Shown: piece by piece, positions 28,984 through 38,946 of the stretch
How the letters are laid out: each line of letters begins with the position of its first letter
How positions within the stretch are numbered: position 1 is the first letter of the stretch
From: a virus
IMG/VR virus record: IMGVR_UViG_3300020469_000023
Span: 1 to 64,000 of that record
Reading direction: 5' to 3' (one strand)
Length of the DNA stretch: 64,000 nucleotides
Notes under the pieces: generated by a model
What the model was told of the DNA's origin: nothing
The model's database searches: none
What the model saw: only the letters and a program-made list of their open reading frames with translations
Made by a program: the position numbers and the translations under genes

Positions 28984-29899
28984 CAATTTTGTGTGTAAAA
29001 GGTTCTGTAATTTTACTTTTAAAAAACTCAAGTGATTCTGAGTCAGGAAATAGTATTCTCTCTATTTCATGTTCACGAACTGCCTTAACTGCATAGTCTG
29101 TAATGTATTCATAAACAGGTGCTTCTTCGGGGCGTTCAGTATGGTCCATCAAAGTAATATTAAATATTTCTTCACAATTCATTAGTGCTGGTAAAAAGTA
29201 GTAATCAATACATCTATTGTGATGAATTGGTCTAGACATTGCACAATTTTTATAAGGAAATGGATATTGTTTTGTAGATTCGATAATTTGTTTATGTGTA
29301 AAGTAATCAGGGTGCCACCATTCATCAATTTCTTTTATGTCCATACATGGGTCAATAGACATAACTGCATACGAATCTTCACTTACTTCCCAGGGTTGGA
29401 TAGGTGTACCGGGATATGGTGCAACATCGTCCATCAACATAACATTGTTTGTGCCTTGTTCGTTTTCCCAATGATTATATAAATTTATTACATCGGCATA
29501 GAGACCATCTTTTAAATCCATACGAGTCAGACCACCTGAATTGTTTGGGTCTAATGGTTTATTTAAATCATGTACACAAAATTCTTGATAACCACGAAAA
29601 TACTTACTGTGAATAGTAATCATATATTGAACAGCATCTAACATATGTTTTGCATCTTTTCTTGTTTTTAATATTCTATCTGAGCAAGTAATAACTTTAA
29701 ATCCAAGTTCCCATGCCGCAAACAAGGCCGCATAGTAATCATTTGGACAATTTAATGTTGTGACACTAATACTATCATTCTTTTTTATACCTTTATCAAG
29801 ATACATATGTTTGAACTTGTTGATTCTATGGCATATTTTTTCATATGATGTGCCATTTATGATGATATTAGGATTTATTAGTTCTCTTGAAATAATCAT
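28958..29899 (-). CDS. Degenerate AMP-binding-fold-like protein, paralog of the neighbour
   Basis: Shared ISR..IN start, AAWELG vs ACAELG, FTHKQI vs FTHKEV, IHH vs MHH. Confidence 0.5.
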   Translation of the reverse strand: MIISRELINPNIIINGTSYEKICHRINKFKHMYLDKGIKKNDSISVTTLNCPNDYYAALFAAWELGFKVITCSDRILKTRKDAKHMLDAVQYMITIHSKYFRGYQEFCVHDLNKPLDPNNSGGLTRMDLKDGLYADVINLYNHWENEQGTNNVMLMDDVAPYPGTPIQPWEVSEDSYAVMSIDPCMDIKEIDEWWHPDYFTHKQIIESTKQYPFPYKNCAMSRPIHHNRCIDYYFLPALMNCEEIFNITLMDHTERPEEAPVYEYITDYAVKAVREHEIERILFPDSESLEFFKSKITEPFTHKIVYDVGKQN

Positions 29900-30308
29900 T
29901 TTTCATTTCTTTTATAAATTTAGAATGTATCTTACACCCAATAAACTCATTGAAGTAATCGTTTCTTAATAGAACGTCATTTTCAAATTGAAGTTTTGTT
30001 TCATAGTAAGAACACTCGCCTTTTGTTCGACATAATTGTAATATTTTTCTGTCAAAATGAAATCCTTGTTCGACAAGTTGTTTAACTTCTGCAGACGAAC
30101 CATGATAAATTTTCCAATCAGATTGGACTCTAGTAATAACTTTACGTTTTCTTGATTTATTTTTAGGTAAAACTTTCTTTTTCCAAAAGAATTTCTTACC
30201 GATATATTTCATACCAGTTTCAAGTTCTGTTACTTCGTAGACGAAACCTTGATAGTTTTCAAGTTCTTCTTCATTCATATCGAATGGTTCATCATTATAA
30301 TACCACAT
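29868..30308 (-). CDS. GIY-YIG-type nuclease, conserved in T4-like phages
   Basis: GFVY...KYIGKK, SDWKIYHGSS, YFN..IG. Confidence 0.8.
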   Translation of the reverse strand: MWYYNDEPFDMNEEELENYQGFVYEVTELETGMKYIGKKFFWKKKVLPKNKSRKRKVITRVQSDWKIYHGSSAEVKQLVEQGFHFDRKILQLCRTKGECSYYETKLQFENDVLLRNDYFNEFIGCKIHSKFIKEMKNDYFKRTNKS

Positions 30309-30320
30309 AATTCTATTTAT

Positions 30321-30851
30321 TTATTCTTTATCATGTAGTGCCTGAACTCTAGATTCATCATTACCCCACCATGTAATTAGTGCTAATCTTACTCCGTCTG
30401 TAACTTCTGTTACAGAATGTAATGCATCACCTGGTATTAAAAGAGTTTCATTTGCTTTTATTTTAATTTTTTGCCTTTGATATGGAGATTCTGAATTAGC
30501 ATATTCATTAATATAAAAGTCGCCACCTTTAAATTCATTTGGTTCAGATATTAATGTTGTTGTTGAAATAAGACTAAATGCATCTTCGTGTTTATGTGGA
30601 GTTGCAAGAGCACCTTCTTGATATTCTATAAAATACCAAGATTGTAAATTTAAATCTATTTTAAAATGTTTTTTTATTTTATCTGTAAATTTATTTGGTA
30701 TATTAGATGCAGTTTTAAAAATTGAAATTAAATATTTGTATATGTGAATACTATTCTTTGGTACTATGGGTTTGTATTCTAGAGTTTTAGACAACTCTTT
30801 TAATTCTTTAAATTCTGTATCTGTAAATATAGTATCAAGATTTAATTTCAT
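30321..30851 (-). CDS. 2OG-Fe(II) oxygenase
   Basis: PHKH, FKGGDF, HSVTEVTDGVRLAL. Confidence 0.85.
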   Translation of the reverse strand: MKLNLDTIFTDTEFKELKELSKTLEYKPIVPKNSIHIYKYLISIFKTASNIPNKFTDKIKKHFKIDLNLQSWYFIEYQEGALATPHKHEDAFSLISTTTLISEPNEFKGGDFYINEYANSESPYQRQKIKIKANETLLIPGDALHSVTEVTDGVRLALITWWGNDESRVQALHDKE

Positions 30852-30867
30852 CGTGAACTATTTAGAC

Positions 30868-31017
30868 TTAATTTAACAGTTCAGTTACGATAGCATCTGC
30901 ACCACACATTGGGCAAAAAACAGGTTCTTCGTTTTCTCCTTCTTCAACGATAACATGTGTATCGACACCACACACGTCACATCTTATTTCGTATTCTCTT
31001 TCTATCGAGTCTAACAA
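30868..31017 (-). CDS. Small zinc-ribbon protein
   Basis: Hand translation ...IRCDVCG...PVFCPMCGA; directly after nrdB; start uncertain. Confidence 0.7.
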   Translation of the reverse strand: MLDSIEREYEIRCDVCGVDTHVIVEEGENEEPVFCPMCGADAIVTELLN

Positions 31018-31018
31018 A

Positions 31019-32041
31019 CTAACAACCTACATTTGCTATTGCTTCATCTAATTTATCTTCGATACGTTCTAATGATTGAGGTGTGTCAACACTTTCCCAA
31101 CCCCACTCACCTTCAAGACCATTGACAGAATACTCTGTAACTCTTTTCTCAAAGAAGTTATCATGTGATGCACCATTGAGTACCCAATCTAACCACGGGA
31201 GTGGATTGTCTTTTGCATTGAAGTTTGGTTTCATACCAAGTTGAAGAAGTCTTCGGTCTGCAATATGTCTTATGTATTGTTTGACATCTTCTTTCTTAAG
31301 ACCTTCTATTTCGTGGTCGTTGTATGCAAGGTCAATAAACTTGTCTTCTAACTTAACAACATCTTTTGCAATCTTGTAGATTTTAGATTTAAGTTCATCT
31401 GTGACTATACGTGTGTGTTCACCACAAAAATCTCGAAATAGTTTTGCATTACCTTGCACGTGTAAAGTTTCGTCACGAATTGACCACTCAACAATTGTTC
31501 CCATACCTTTCATTTTACCATAACGTTGAAAGTTTAATAACATGACAAACGATGCAAAGACAGAAAGACCTTCATTGAATACTGATTGTGCAAGTGCTAA
31601 TGCTAAACCTGTGTGAGTTGAAATATCACCATCTTTCATAAAGTCAATCTTATCTGCCATTTCTTTGTATTCTAGAAATGCACTAAAGTCTTCGTCTGGT
31701 AAACCAAGAGTATCATTAAGTAATGCATATGCACGTTGATGAACACCTTCTCTGTTTGCAAAAGAAGATAACATATTTCTTACTTCGTTATTCTTGAACT
31801 TTGGTATTAACAGTTCGTGATAGTTTTCACCTACTTGGACATCACTTTGGGTGAAAAGTCTTAGTACTTGAGTAATGAATAATTTTTCGTCTTCGCTGAG
31901 TTTGGTTCTCCAATCCTGTACGTCTTCTGACAGTTCCGCTTCGTCTTCTATCCAATGTATTTCCTCGTGTTTTTTGGTTAGTTCAACTGCCCATGGGTAG
32001 ATGAAAGGTTTGTATGTTTTTGAAAATTCTAATAATGCCAT
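31019..32041 (-). CDS. nrdB: Class Ia ribonucleotide reductase beta subunit
   Basis: FTQSD, EGVHQRAY, EGL..F.SF, RDETLH, NFFEKRVTEY. Confidence 0.97.
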   Translation of the reverse strand: MALLEFSKTYKPFIYPWAVELTKKHEEIHWIEDEAELSEDVQDWRTKLSEDEKLFITQVLRLFTQSDVQVGENYHELLIPKFKNNEVRNMLSSFANREGVHQRAYALLNDTLGLPDEDFSAFLEYKEMADKIDFMKDGDISTHTGLALALAQSVFNEGLSVFASFVMLLNFQRYGKMKGMGTIVEWSIRDETLHVQGNAKLFRDFCGEHTRIVTDELKSKIYKIAKDVVKLEDKFIDLAYNDHEIEGLKKEDVKQYIRHIADRRLLQLGMKPNFNAKDNPLPWLDWVLNGASHDNFFEKRVTEYSVNGLEGEWGWESVDTPQSLERIEDKLDEAIANVGC

Positions 32042-32043
32042 TG

Positions 32044-34032
32044 TTATCCTTCACATGCTTTACACTCTTCCGAGTCTTCTGTTTCTGTTTTGTCAAATAG
32101 TTCCATAAGTTCATCATAACCACCCACATATTCACCTTGTAAATATATTTGTGGAACTGTTTTAACACCTTTTCGACCCGTTACTTCTCTTGCAGTTTTA
32201 CCAATCTCTTCAAGATTAATCTCATCGTATGGTATACCACGAAGTTTCAGTTCTTCTTTTGCAAGTTGACAGAAAGGACAATTGGGTTTTGAATAGACAA
32301 TTGTACTTGTGTCACTTTGGAGTGCGACTCTCTCTACTTTTTCAGAAACATTCTCAGCACGAGACTTTGCTTCTGTTCGCAAATAATATAATCCTTTCAG
32401 ACCTGAACTCCATGCACGTAAGTGGACTTTGTTCACATATGATTTATCTGCTGTACCAGGAAAGAATAAGTTAACAGACTGTCCTTGACAGATATACTGT
32501 TGCCTATCTCCTGCATGACGAACTACCCAGTTTTGGTCTAATTCATCTGCTGTTTTATATATACTTTTTTCACCTTCTGTAAGAAACGAAAGATGCTGAA
32601 CAGACCCCTTATTCGTAATGATAGAACTCCAAATGCTATCATTATTCATTTCTTTTGTTTCAAGTAGTTCTTCTAGATATTTGTTCTTGACAAGAAAACT
32701 ACCAGCACGAGTTCTGTGTGTGTATGCATTTGCTTTAAGTGGTTCTATTGAAGGACTTGTTCCAAGAATAACACCACTAGATGCATTTGGGGCAATCGCA
32801 AGTAAATGAGAGTTTCTTTTACCACTCTTTGGTCCATCTAAATATGCACCACGTTCTTCTGCAAGTTGCTCTGTTTCTGCATGTGCTTCATCATGAATGA
32901 ACTTAAATACTTGGTCGTTAATATCTTTTGCAAGTTCAGATTCCCATGCAACACCATGCTTATGTAAAAGGGAGTGAAATCCCATTGCACCAAGACCTAA
33001 ACTTCTTTCTCTTGATGCAGAATACTTTGCACGAGCAATCGAGTCTGGTGCATTGTGTATGAAGTACTCCAGCACATTATCTAACATTCGTATTAAATCT
33101 CTTACGATTGTAGTATCTTTCCATTCATCATAGTATTCTAGATTTAATGATGATAAACAACAGACTGCAGTTCGTTCGGCACTTGTAGGTAAATGTATTT
33201 CATTACATAGATTACTTCCATGTATTTTAAGTCCTGCATCTTTCAGTGGTTGAGGTAAACCTTTGTTTGCAGTATCAATAAAGTTTAAATATGGTTCACC
33301 AGTTCTAAATCTAATTTCAAGTATTCTTTCCCATAACTTTCTTGCTTTGACAGTTTCTTTTGTACTACCATCATTTGGGTCAATTAAATTAAAATCACTA
33401 TTTGTCATAACTGCTTCCATAAACTTATCTGTTATGTTAATCGCATTGTGTATGTTTAGTGCTTTACGTTGCACATCACCAGTAGGTATACGAATGTTTA
33501 GAAACTCCATAATGTCTGGGTGGTCAACATTCATGTATGCCGCATAACTACCTTTACGTGTTTTACCTTGACGATATGCAATCATATCAGCATCTACTGT
33601 ATGCAGAAATGGTATTGGACCAGGGGCAATATCAGATACAGTTCTTACATCTGACCAATGACCACCTACACCACCACCCATGATAGATAACCATCTAAGT
33701 TCAGATGAATGGTCAATTAAACCTTCAAGTGTGTCTGGTACATAAGTAAGAAAACAAGATATTGGCATACCTTTTGATTTACTTTCTTGCCCATTGGGTG
33801 CATTTGATAAAACAGGACTTGCAAACATAAACCACTTATTACTTACATAATCATAGAGTCTTTGTGCGAGTTCTTTATCTGTCTTACCATCGTATTTTGA
33901 CCATGCTAAACTGGCACGTGCAAATCCTTCTTGTGGTGATTTTTCATAATTTGTGAGATAAAAATCTTTCAGCATTCCAACTGAATAATCTTCTAATAGT
34001 TTATCTCTTTTTTTGTCAATGTTTAAGTCCAA
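32044..34032 (-). CDS. nrdA: Class Ia ribonucleotide reductase alpha subunit with embedded glutaredoxin domain
   Basis: ISCF, SNLCNEI, CCLSSLNL, APNASS, KGLYYLR; Grx CPFC...TVPQI...VGGYDEL; terminal CKACEG. Confidence 0.97.
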   Translation of the reverse strand: MDLNIDKKRDKLLEDYSVGMLKDFYLTNYEKSPQEGFARASLAWSKYDGKTDKELAQRLYDYVSNKWFMFASPVLSNAPNGQESKSKGMPISCFLTYVPDTLEGLIDHSSELRWLSIMGGGVGGHWSDVRTVSDIAPGPIPFLHTVDADMIAYRQGKTRKGSYAAYMNVDHPDIMEFLNIRIPTGDVQRKALNIHNAINITDKFMEAVMTNSDFNLIDPNDGSTKETVKARKLWERILEIRFRTGEPYLNFIDTANKGLPQPLKDAGLKIHGSNLCNEIHLPTSAERTAVCCLSSLNLEYYDEWKDTTIVRDLIRMLDNVLEYFIHNAPDSIARAKYSASRERSLGLGAMGFHSLLHKHGVAWESELAKDINDQVFKFIHDEAHAETEQLAEERGAYLDGPKSGKRNSHLLAIAPNASSGVILGTSPSIEPLKANAYTHRTRAGSFLVKNKYLEELLETKEMNNDSIWSSIITNKGSVQHLSFLTEGEKSIYKTADELDQNWVVRHAGDRQQYICQGQSVNLFFPGTADKSYVNKVHLRAWSSGLKGLYYLRTEAKSRAENVSEKVERVALQSDTSTIVYSKPNCPFCQLAKEELKLRGIPYDEINLEEIGKTAREVTGRKGVKTVPQIYLQGEYVGGYDELMELFDKTETEDSEECKACEG

Positions 34033-34065
34033 GTCTTCTCCTTGTTTGTGAAGTTAAAGTGGACT

Positions 34066-34094
34066 ATTATACTCTACTTAGAAAGTATTGTCAA
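34066..34094 (-). promoter_or_regulatory. sigma70-type promoter of nrdA
   Basis: TTGACA-17-TATAAT; AAGGAG SD before the TTG start. Confidence 0.8.
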
Positions 34095-34097
34095 TGA

Positions 34098-34595
34098 TTA
34101 TTTTTTTGCTTTACGATTCTTGTCGATTGCTCTAGACCCAAACCAGAATGATATTATTGCGGCAAAGATTGCTTTTGTATCTTCGTCCCACAATATATTA
34201 ATCGCTTCTTGAAAGTCTGTTCCTGCCTGTATTGCGCCATATAGAAGTGTGCCCTCTATAACTGCGAATAAAAGAAAGAATGCATATGTAATGATTGGTC
34301 GTACTGACCTCGCTAATCCACCTATAAATCCTGTACCTGATTGCAACACTATATCGTGTTGAATTAATCTTTCGTGTTCTTTGTCTTTTGCTTGTGCTTC
34401 GAATAAATTAAGTGTTTGTTTGCCTAATTCTTTTTGGAGTTTTGCTTGAACTTGGAGTTGTTCTGATTGTATTTTTGCTTGGACTTCTAACTTTTTGAGT
34501 TCGAATTTTTGGTCTGATTTTTCTTTGAAACTGTCTAAGATACCTGGGATTATGGACCCACCGAAACCTAATAAACTACCTAATAAACTCAACAT
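34098..34595 (-). CDS. Membrane protein, 3TM holin-like
   Basis: SVRPIITY...AIISFWFGSR. Confidence 0.65.
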   Translation of the reverse strand: MLSLLGSLLGFGGSIIPGILDSFKEKSDQKFELKKLEVQAKIQSEQLQVQAKLQKELGKQTLNLFEAQAKDKEHERLIQHDIVLQSGTGFIGGLARSVRPIITYAFFLLFAVIEGTLLYGAIQAGTDFQEAINILWDEDTKAIFAAIISFWFGSRAIDKNRKAKK

Positions 34596-34637
34596 AATTT
34601 TCTCCTATTCTTATATATACAATTAAAATTTTAGAGT

Positions 34638-34943
34638 TTAATTGTCAACTTTTGCACTTGCTCTCCACTGATAACATGACCAATATCGTGCTTTCCATTT
34701 AGGACCAGGATTGTCGCAATTGTGTCTTGCTCGAAAAGATGCTCGTCTTCCTGGGTCATCACGTTTAATTTCCATATTCGGGTCACCGAAACCTACTTTC
34801 ACAACATTACCTTTCTCGTTCTTAACGTAGACATAGAACTTTTTCTTGCCATCGCTAGACCTAGTTGGGTTATTTAATGTAACTTTTCTACCTTGATACT
34901 CTGCGGCCTCTTGTAGTAAGTCTTCACAATTACATTTCTTCAT
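34638..34943 (-). CDS. Small basic virion-associated protein (DUF6321-like)
   Basis: LQE leader then VGFGDP...RRASFRARHNC...ARYWSC. Confidence 0.7.
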   Translation of the reverse strand: MKKCNCEDLLQEAAEYQGRKVTLNNPTRSSDGKKKFYVYVKNEKGNVVKVGFGDPNMEIKRDDPGRRASFRARHNCDNPGPKWKARYWSCYQWRASAKVDN

Positions 34944-34947
34944 AGTT

Positions 34948-35958
34948 CTATTTATCTTTTACTGGTTCTTCAGGTTCTCTGTCTTTATTATCTAAGTCTC
35001 CAGCATCACCTTTTACCATTTGTCGCATCTTACCAAATAATTTATTTGCTAAATTAGTATTACCTGCTTTCTTGGCACCAGTATATGCCGCGGCCATCAT
35101 CAAACCTCTTCTACCACCTGCCCAAATAGTTGACATACCACCTGTAGCAATACCTGCCGCGAGTAGACCCATACCTTTAACACCAGCAGGTGTTGCCAAT
35201 ACTTCTGTGAATCCTATATTACCTGCAATTGCTTCTGGTATACTAGATAAGTCATAGTCACTATCTAAGTTACCTGAGAATGACATTTGTAACCACTGAT
35301 ATGTTAAAAATCCTGCTATTCCTACACCAGCAACTGTTTTTAATTTAGGGTACTTATTAAGAAACTCATCAACTTTTATTGTACCTTTTTGTAATCCTTG
35401 TACCATTTGTGTGGCCGCTACTTTATCTGAGGCAAAGTTTACTGCACTATCTACTGTTTTAAGACCATCAAGTGCAACTTTACCACCACCCATACCAACT
35501 GCCTTAACTGCTTTGAAGACACTTTTTTCTTTGATTGCATTTACGAGTTCGTCTCGTGCAACACCTAAATCTTTTGTAATCTGATTTACTTCACTACTAA
35601 GTGCTTTCTTTAATGTTGGGTGTTTACTGAGAGGTTCGTTATATCTTTTCGGGTCTGGTGTATCTGCATCTGCAGAACTTGTTTTGACATCAACACTTTT
35701 ATTAGTATCAGTAGTGGGTGTGTCTTTAGTTGATAGATAAGACCTCATTGCTTTTGCAGTATCAGATTGTGGATTCTTTTTAATATAGTCTTGTTGAAAC
35801 TTTTCACCTTTGTCTTGCCACCAAGGTGTCTTTTCGTCTTCTAATAACATACACCAGTCATTGTATGTACATTCATTCAGTTCACGATTTACTTGTTGTT
35901 CAAACAAGAATGTGCCTTCTGTTAGTTCTTGGTGATTGACGTAAGTTGTAAACTTCAC
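34948..35958 (-). CDS. Putative internal virion protein with hydrophobic Gly-rich segments
   Basis: MKFTTY..ELTE leader; hydrophobic helices in the C-terminal half. Confidence 0.55.
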   Translation of the reverse strand: MKFTTYVNHQELTEGTFLFEQQVNRELNECTYNDWCMLLEDEKTPWWQDKGEKFQQDYIKKNPQSDTAKAMRSYLSTKDTPTTDTNKSVDVKTSSADADTPDPKRYNEPLSKHPTLKKALSSEVNQITKDLGVARDELVNAIKEKSVFKAVKAVGMGGGKVALDGLKTVDSAVNFASDKVAATQMVQGLQKGTIKVDEFLNKYPKLKTVAGVGIAGFLTYQWLQMSFSGNLDSDYDLSSIPEAIAGNIGFTEVLATPAGVKGMGLLAAGIATGGMSTIWAGGRRGLMMAAAYTGAKKAGNTNLANKLFGKMRQMVKGDAGDLDNKDREPEEPVKDK

Positions 35959-36560
35959 TTAGTTATATCTCCTGTAGTCACATACATTTTTTGATTACTA
36001 TGCAAATGAATTGCAGTATATATGTCAAGTCCTAAAACTTCATCTACAGGAGTTGATTCTTCTTCAAGAATTCTTATTTGGTCATCTTTATGTGTATCAG
36101 TATAAATGCAAGTCATACTGTCATGTTTCATTCTATAGACACCAGGAGATAATTGTTTGTCTTCTAACATAAACCATTGTGTATCTTCTGCAAGTACATC
36201 TAGTATATCAATACCAGTTGCTTCGTGAATCTTGCGAAGATTCTTATCTGATAATTCACCATGCTCTTTGATAAGTGCTAATGCGGCACCATATCTTGCA
36301 ACAAATGATTTACCACCAGGGACTTTTGCTAATAAAGATTTAAGTCTAATAACAAGACGTAGAAATGTCGTGTAATGTGTTGACAATTCCATTCTACCAT
36401 CCATTGTTAATTTAAGTTCTTCTTTCTTTTTCTTATCTACTTTACCTTCTTTATCGATGAGACCAATCTCATATGCACCTAATTTTTCAAAAGGTGTAGT
36501 TAACAACTTTAAAAATCGAAGTGTATATACCAGGTCTGCGGCAGATTTTAGAATTCCCAT
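35955..36560 (-). CDS. Conserved T4-like late protein
   Basis: DLVYTLRFLKLLTTPF..AYEIGLID; TATAAATA at 36566-36573. Confidence 0.75.
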   Translation of the reverse strand: MGILKSAADLVYTLRFLKLLTTPFEKLGAYEIGLIDKEGKVDKKKKEELKLTMDGRMELSTHYTTFLRLVIRLKSLLAKVPGGKSFVARYGAALALIKEHGELSDKNLRKIHEATGIDILDVLAEDTQWFMLEDKQLSPGVYRMKHDSMTCIYTDTHKDDQIRILEEESTPVDEVLGLDIYTAIHLHSNQKMYVTTGDITK

Positions 36561-36568
36561 ACGTCTAT

Positions 36569-36925
36569 TTATATCTCTCGAAGTTTCTCGACAACATTTT
36601 TATCCATTTCTATGTTGGTATACTCTTCGTTTTTAATTGTTTTAAGAAAAATAAGAAAGGGTTTGATAACTGGCCAGTATTCTAGTTCTAGTTTAAGTTC
36701 AAGAATATTAAGACCTGCTTCAATGTCAAAGACATTAAAGATTACAATAAGATGATTTAGTATAAGACGTTCAGAAAGAACACCACTATCTCTGTAACGA
36801 TTAAGTAATCGTTTGATGTATTTAAAACGTTTTAAATCTTCAAGAAAATCGTCTGTGTCAATACACTTTGGATTGTAGTAATTCTGAGCGGCATAGACTA
36901 ATAGATTATCTTTCGTTAACTTCAT
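36569..36925 (-). CDS. Conserved T4-like phage protein
   Basis: YYNP.C...FLEDLKRFKYIKRLL...ERLILNH. Confidence 0.8.
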   Translation of the reverse strand: MKLTKDNLLVYAAQNYYNPKCIDTDDFLEDLKRFKYIKRLLNRYRDSGVLSERLILNHLIVIFNVFDIEAGLNILELKLELEYWPVIKPFLIFLKTIKNEEYTNIEMDKNVVEKLREI

Positions 36926-36950
36926 GATATACTATTATGTATATCAATTC

Positions 36951-37256
36951 TTAACTAAAAAGTTCTTTTACAGTTTGTAGTAGTGTTGCTTTTGATTTTC
37001 TTCTATCTAACTCAACACCTTTTTCTCTAGCAAGTGATTCAAGTTCTAACTTATTCATTTGGTCTAGACCTTTGTTATTAGCAGGTGCTTCTGTTAACAC
37101 TTGTGCTTTTTTAGGTTTAGCACCAAAAAATAAATCTATTTCTTCTGTAGTAAATCCGGCACTTACATAAAGTTCGCCTGTGTCAGGGTCTTCCCAACCG
37201 TTCGCAGTAGGTACTGCATTTTCACACCAACCTGGTGCAACTGGTTTAATCGCCAT
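36951..37256 (-). CDS. Hypothetical protein with C-terminal HeH/Rho-N-like motif
   Basis: MNKLELESLAREKGVELDRRKSKATL. Confidence 0.65.
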   Translation of the reverse strand: MAIKPVAPGWCENAVPTANGWEDPDTGELYVSAGFTTEEIDLFFGAKPKKAQVLTEAPANNKGLDQMNKLELESLAREKGVELDRRKSKATLLQTVKELFS

Positions 37257-38944
37257 TATTTTTCTCCTTTAGTCTTTGGTAATTCTTTTGGTTGCATAGG
37301 TAAATCTTTTGGGTCATTGTCTTTAACCATTGTACCTTTATCACCATTCTTTCTTTTTGCCATTCTTTCTAAAAATGACTTAGCATCTTTAGTTCGTGCA
37401 TCAAAAGGATTTCTGTTATCTTCTTTAGCACTAGCAACTATCTTTCTCATTTCAGGTACATTTTTACCTGATAATGCCTTAATTGCTAAGTCCATAAGAG
37501 TATTTTCAGTTTTAATTGATTTCTTACCTTCACCTTCTTTAGGTTCTTTTTCACCTTTAACAGGTGCTTCTGTAGATTTAATAGGTTTAGAGTCGCCTTT
37601 TGCTTGTTGTTGTTTGACATGTTTGCCTTGTTTAGTGTCTTTAGCAGTTTTAGAAGTGTCGTCTATTGCTTTTTCACCATCAACAACTACGTCTTTTTTA
37701 CCATGTGCATCTACAAAGTCTGTCTCACCTTCAGGATTGTTCTCACCTTTTTCTTCTGGTTCAGAACCATCTTTCTCTTTTTTCTTCTTACCAACAGCAT
37801 CAACTGCCATTAGTTCGTTTAAGAGATTAGTAAAGTCTGATACTTGTGCGGCCTCACTCAATTCTTTTTGTACATCTTTAATAGTTTTTGCCTTAGCACT
37901 AACTCCTAAATTTCCCTTAGCGAATTTAATAAGTACAGCATCTGGACCTGACATTTGAACATTGTCACCGCCAAATGGACTAGAACTAATTTTTTTAATT
38001 TTAATACCAAGTTTTTTTGCATTTCGTCCGCCGGCGCTAGAACCTTCATAGTCATCAACTTTTATTGTACCTTCACCAATTTTAGAGATTTCTGCTTCTT
38101 TTTCACCAGCATTACCAGAAGTTTTCTTTTTCTTTTTGTCTTCAGGTTTTTCTACGCCAACTTTTGGTTTGTCTTCTTCTGCATCATCTTCACTAGGTTT
38201 GTCTGCATCAGGTACCATAGGTTTCTTTTTCTTCTTCATTGGGTTTTCATCTGAGTCCATCATTTTTGGTTCTTCTTCTTCTTCGTCCTCTTCTTTCATT
38301 TTTTTCTTTTGACTCTTAATCATTTTGTCATCGTCTTTGTGGACTTTTTCTTTGTGTGCTTCTGTTTGAAGAATTTGCATGTCTTCTGCAGGGACTTCTT
38401 TTTCTATACCATGAGCAAACTCAACATCATACCAGTCAACAGAACCGTCATCGTTTGGTATTGCATGAGATTCGTATACTGGTTTACCAAGTCCAAACTC
38501 TGGGTGGTCAACGTAAGTTGCACAATCGTGGTCTTTAGAATGACACATTTCACGAATGTCATCTAAACTAAATGATTCTTTTTGAAGTTTGTTTAATTCT
38601 GATTGAACATCATATTCTTTATCACCAACTTTAAATTTCTTTTCACCTTTTTCTTTTGCGGCCATTAATGCTTTACTAAATGCATTGCCTTCTTTTTCCA
38701 TTGCTTTTGAAACTGCTTTACGTCTTTTGTGAAGGAATTTATCAGAAGAGTCAACATCGCCATCGTTATCAATGTCTTTGTCTTTTCTATCGTCAAATTT
38801 CTTTTTAACTGCTTTAGGTTGAACTGCATCTAACCCATCGCCATCATCTGACTTATCGTTCTTGTTTGTTTCGTCAAGAACTTCTTCTTTTTGTTCGTAC
38901 ATACTTCTGTATGCATTTTTAATATTCTGATTTATGTCTGCCAT
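37256..38944 (-). CDS. Highly charged modular prohead-core/internal protein
   Basis: K/D/E-rich; DIDNDGDVDSSD motif; modules bounded by L/I-x-E; start moved to MADIN. Confidence 0.65.
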   Translation of the reverse strand: MADINQNIKNAYRSMYEQKEEVLDETNKNDKSDDGDGLDAVQPKAVKKKFDDRKDKDIDNDGDVDSSDKFLHKRRKAVSKAMEKEGNAFSKALMAAKEKGEKKFKVGDKEYDVQSELNKLQKESFSLDDIREMCHSKDHDCATYVDHPEFGLGKPVYESHAIPNDDGSVDWYDVEFAHGIEKEVPAEDMQILQTEAHKEKVHKDDDKMIKSQKKKMKEEDEEEEEPKMMDSDENPMKKKKKPMVPDADKPSEDDAEEDKPKVGVEKPEDKKKKKTSGNAGEKEAEISKIGEGTIKVDDYEGSSAGGRNAKKLGIKIKKISSSPFGGDNVQMSGPDAVLIKFAKGNLGVSAKAKTIKDVQKELSEAAQVSDFTNLLNELMAVDAVGKKKKEKDGSEPEEKGENNPEGETDFVDAHGKKDVVVDGEKAIDDTSKTAKDTKQGKHVKQQQAKGDSKPIKSTEAPVKGEKEPKEGEGKKSIKTENTLMDLAIKALSGKNVPEMRKIVASAKEDNRNPFDARTKDAKSFLERMAKRKNGDKGTMVKDNDPKDLPMQPKELPKTKGEK

Positions 38945-38946
38945 TT

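Noticed and set aside
29868-30308. Mobile homing endonuclease near nrdB
   Set aside because: Catalytic domain only, no DNA-binding repeats, not in an intron; matches a conserved T4-like family
31019-34032. Introns or inteins in nrdA/nrdB (also checked gp41)
   Set aside because: ORFs are continuous and of normal length; the extra NrdA length is the glutaredoxin
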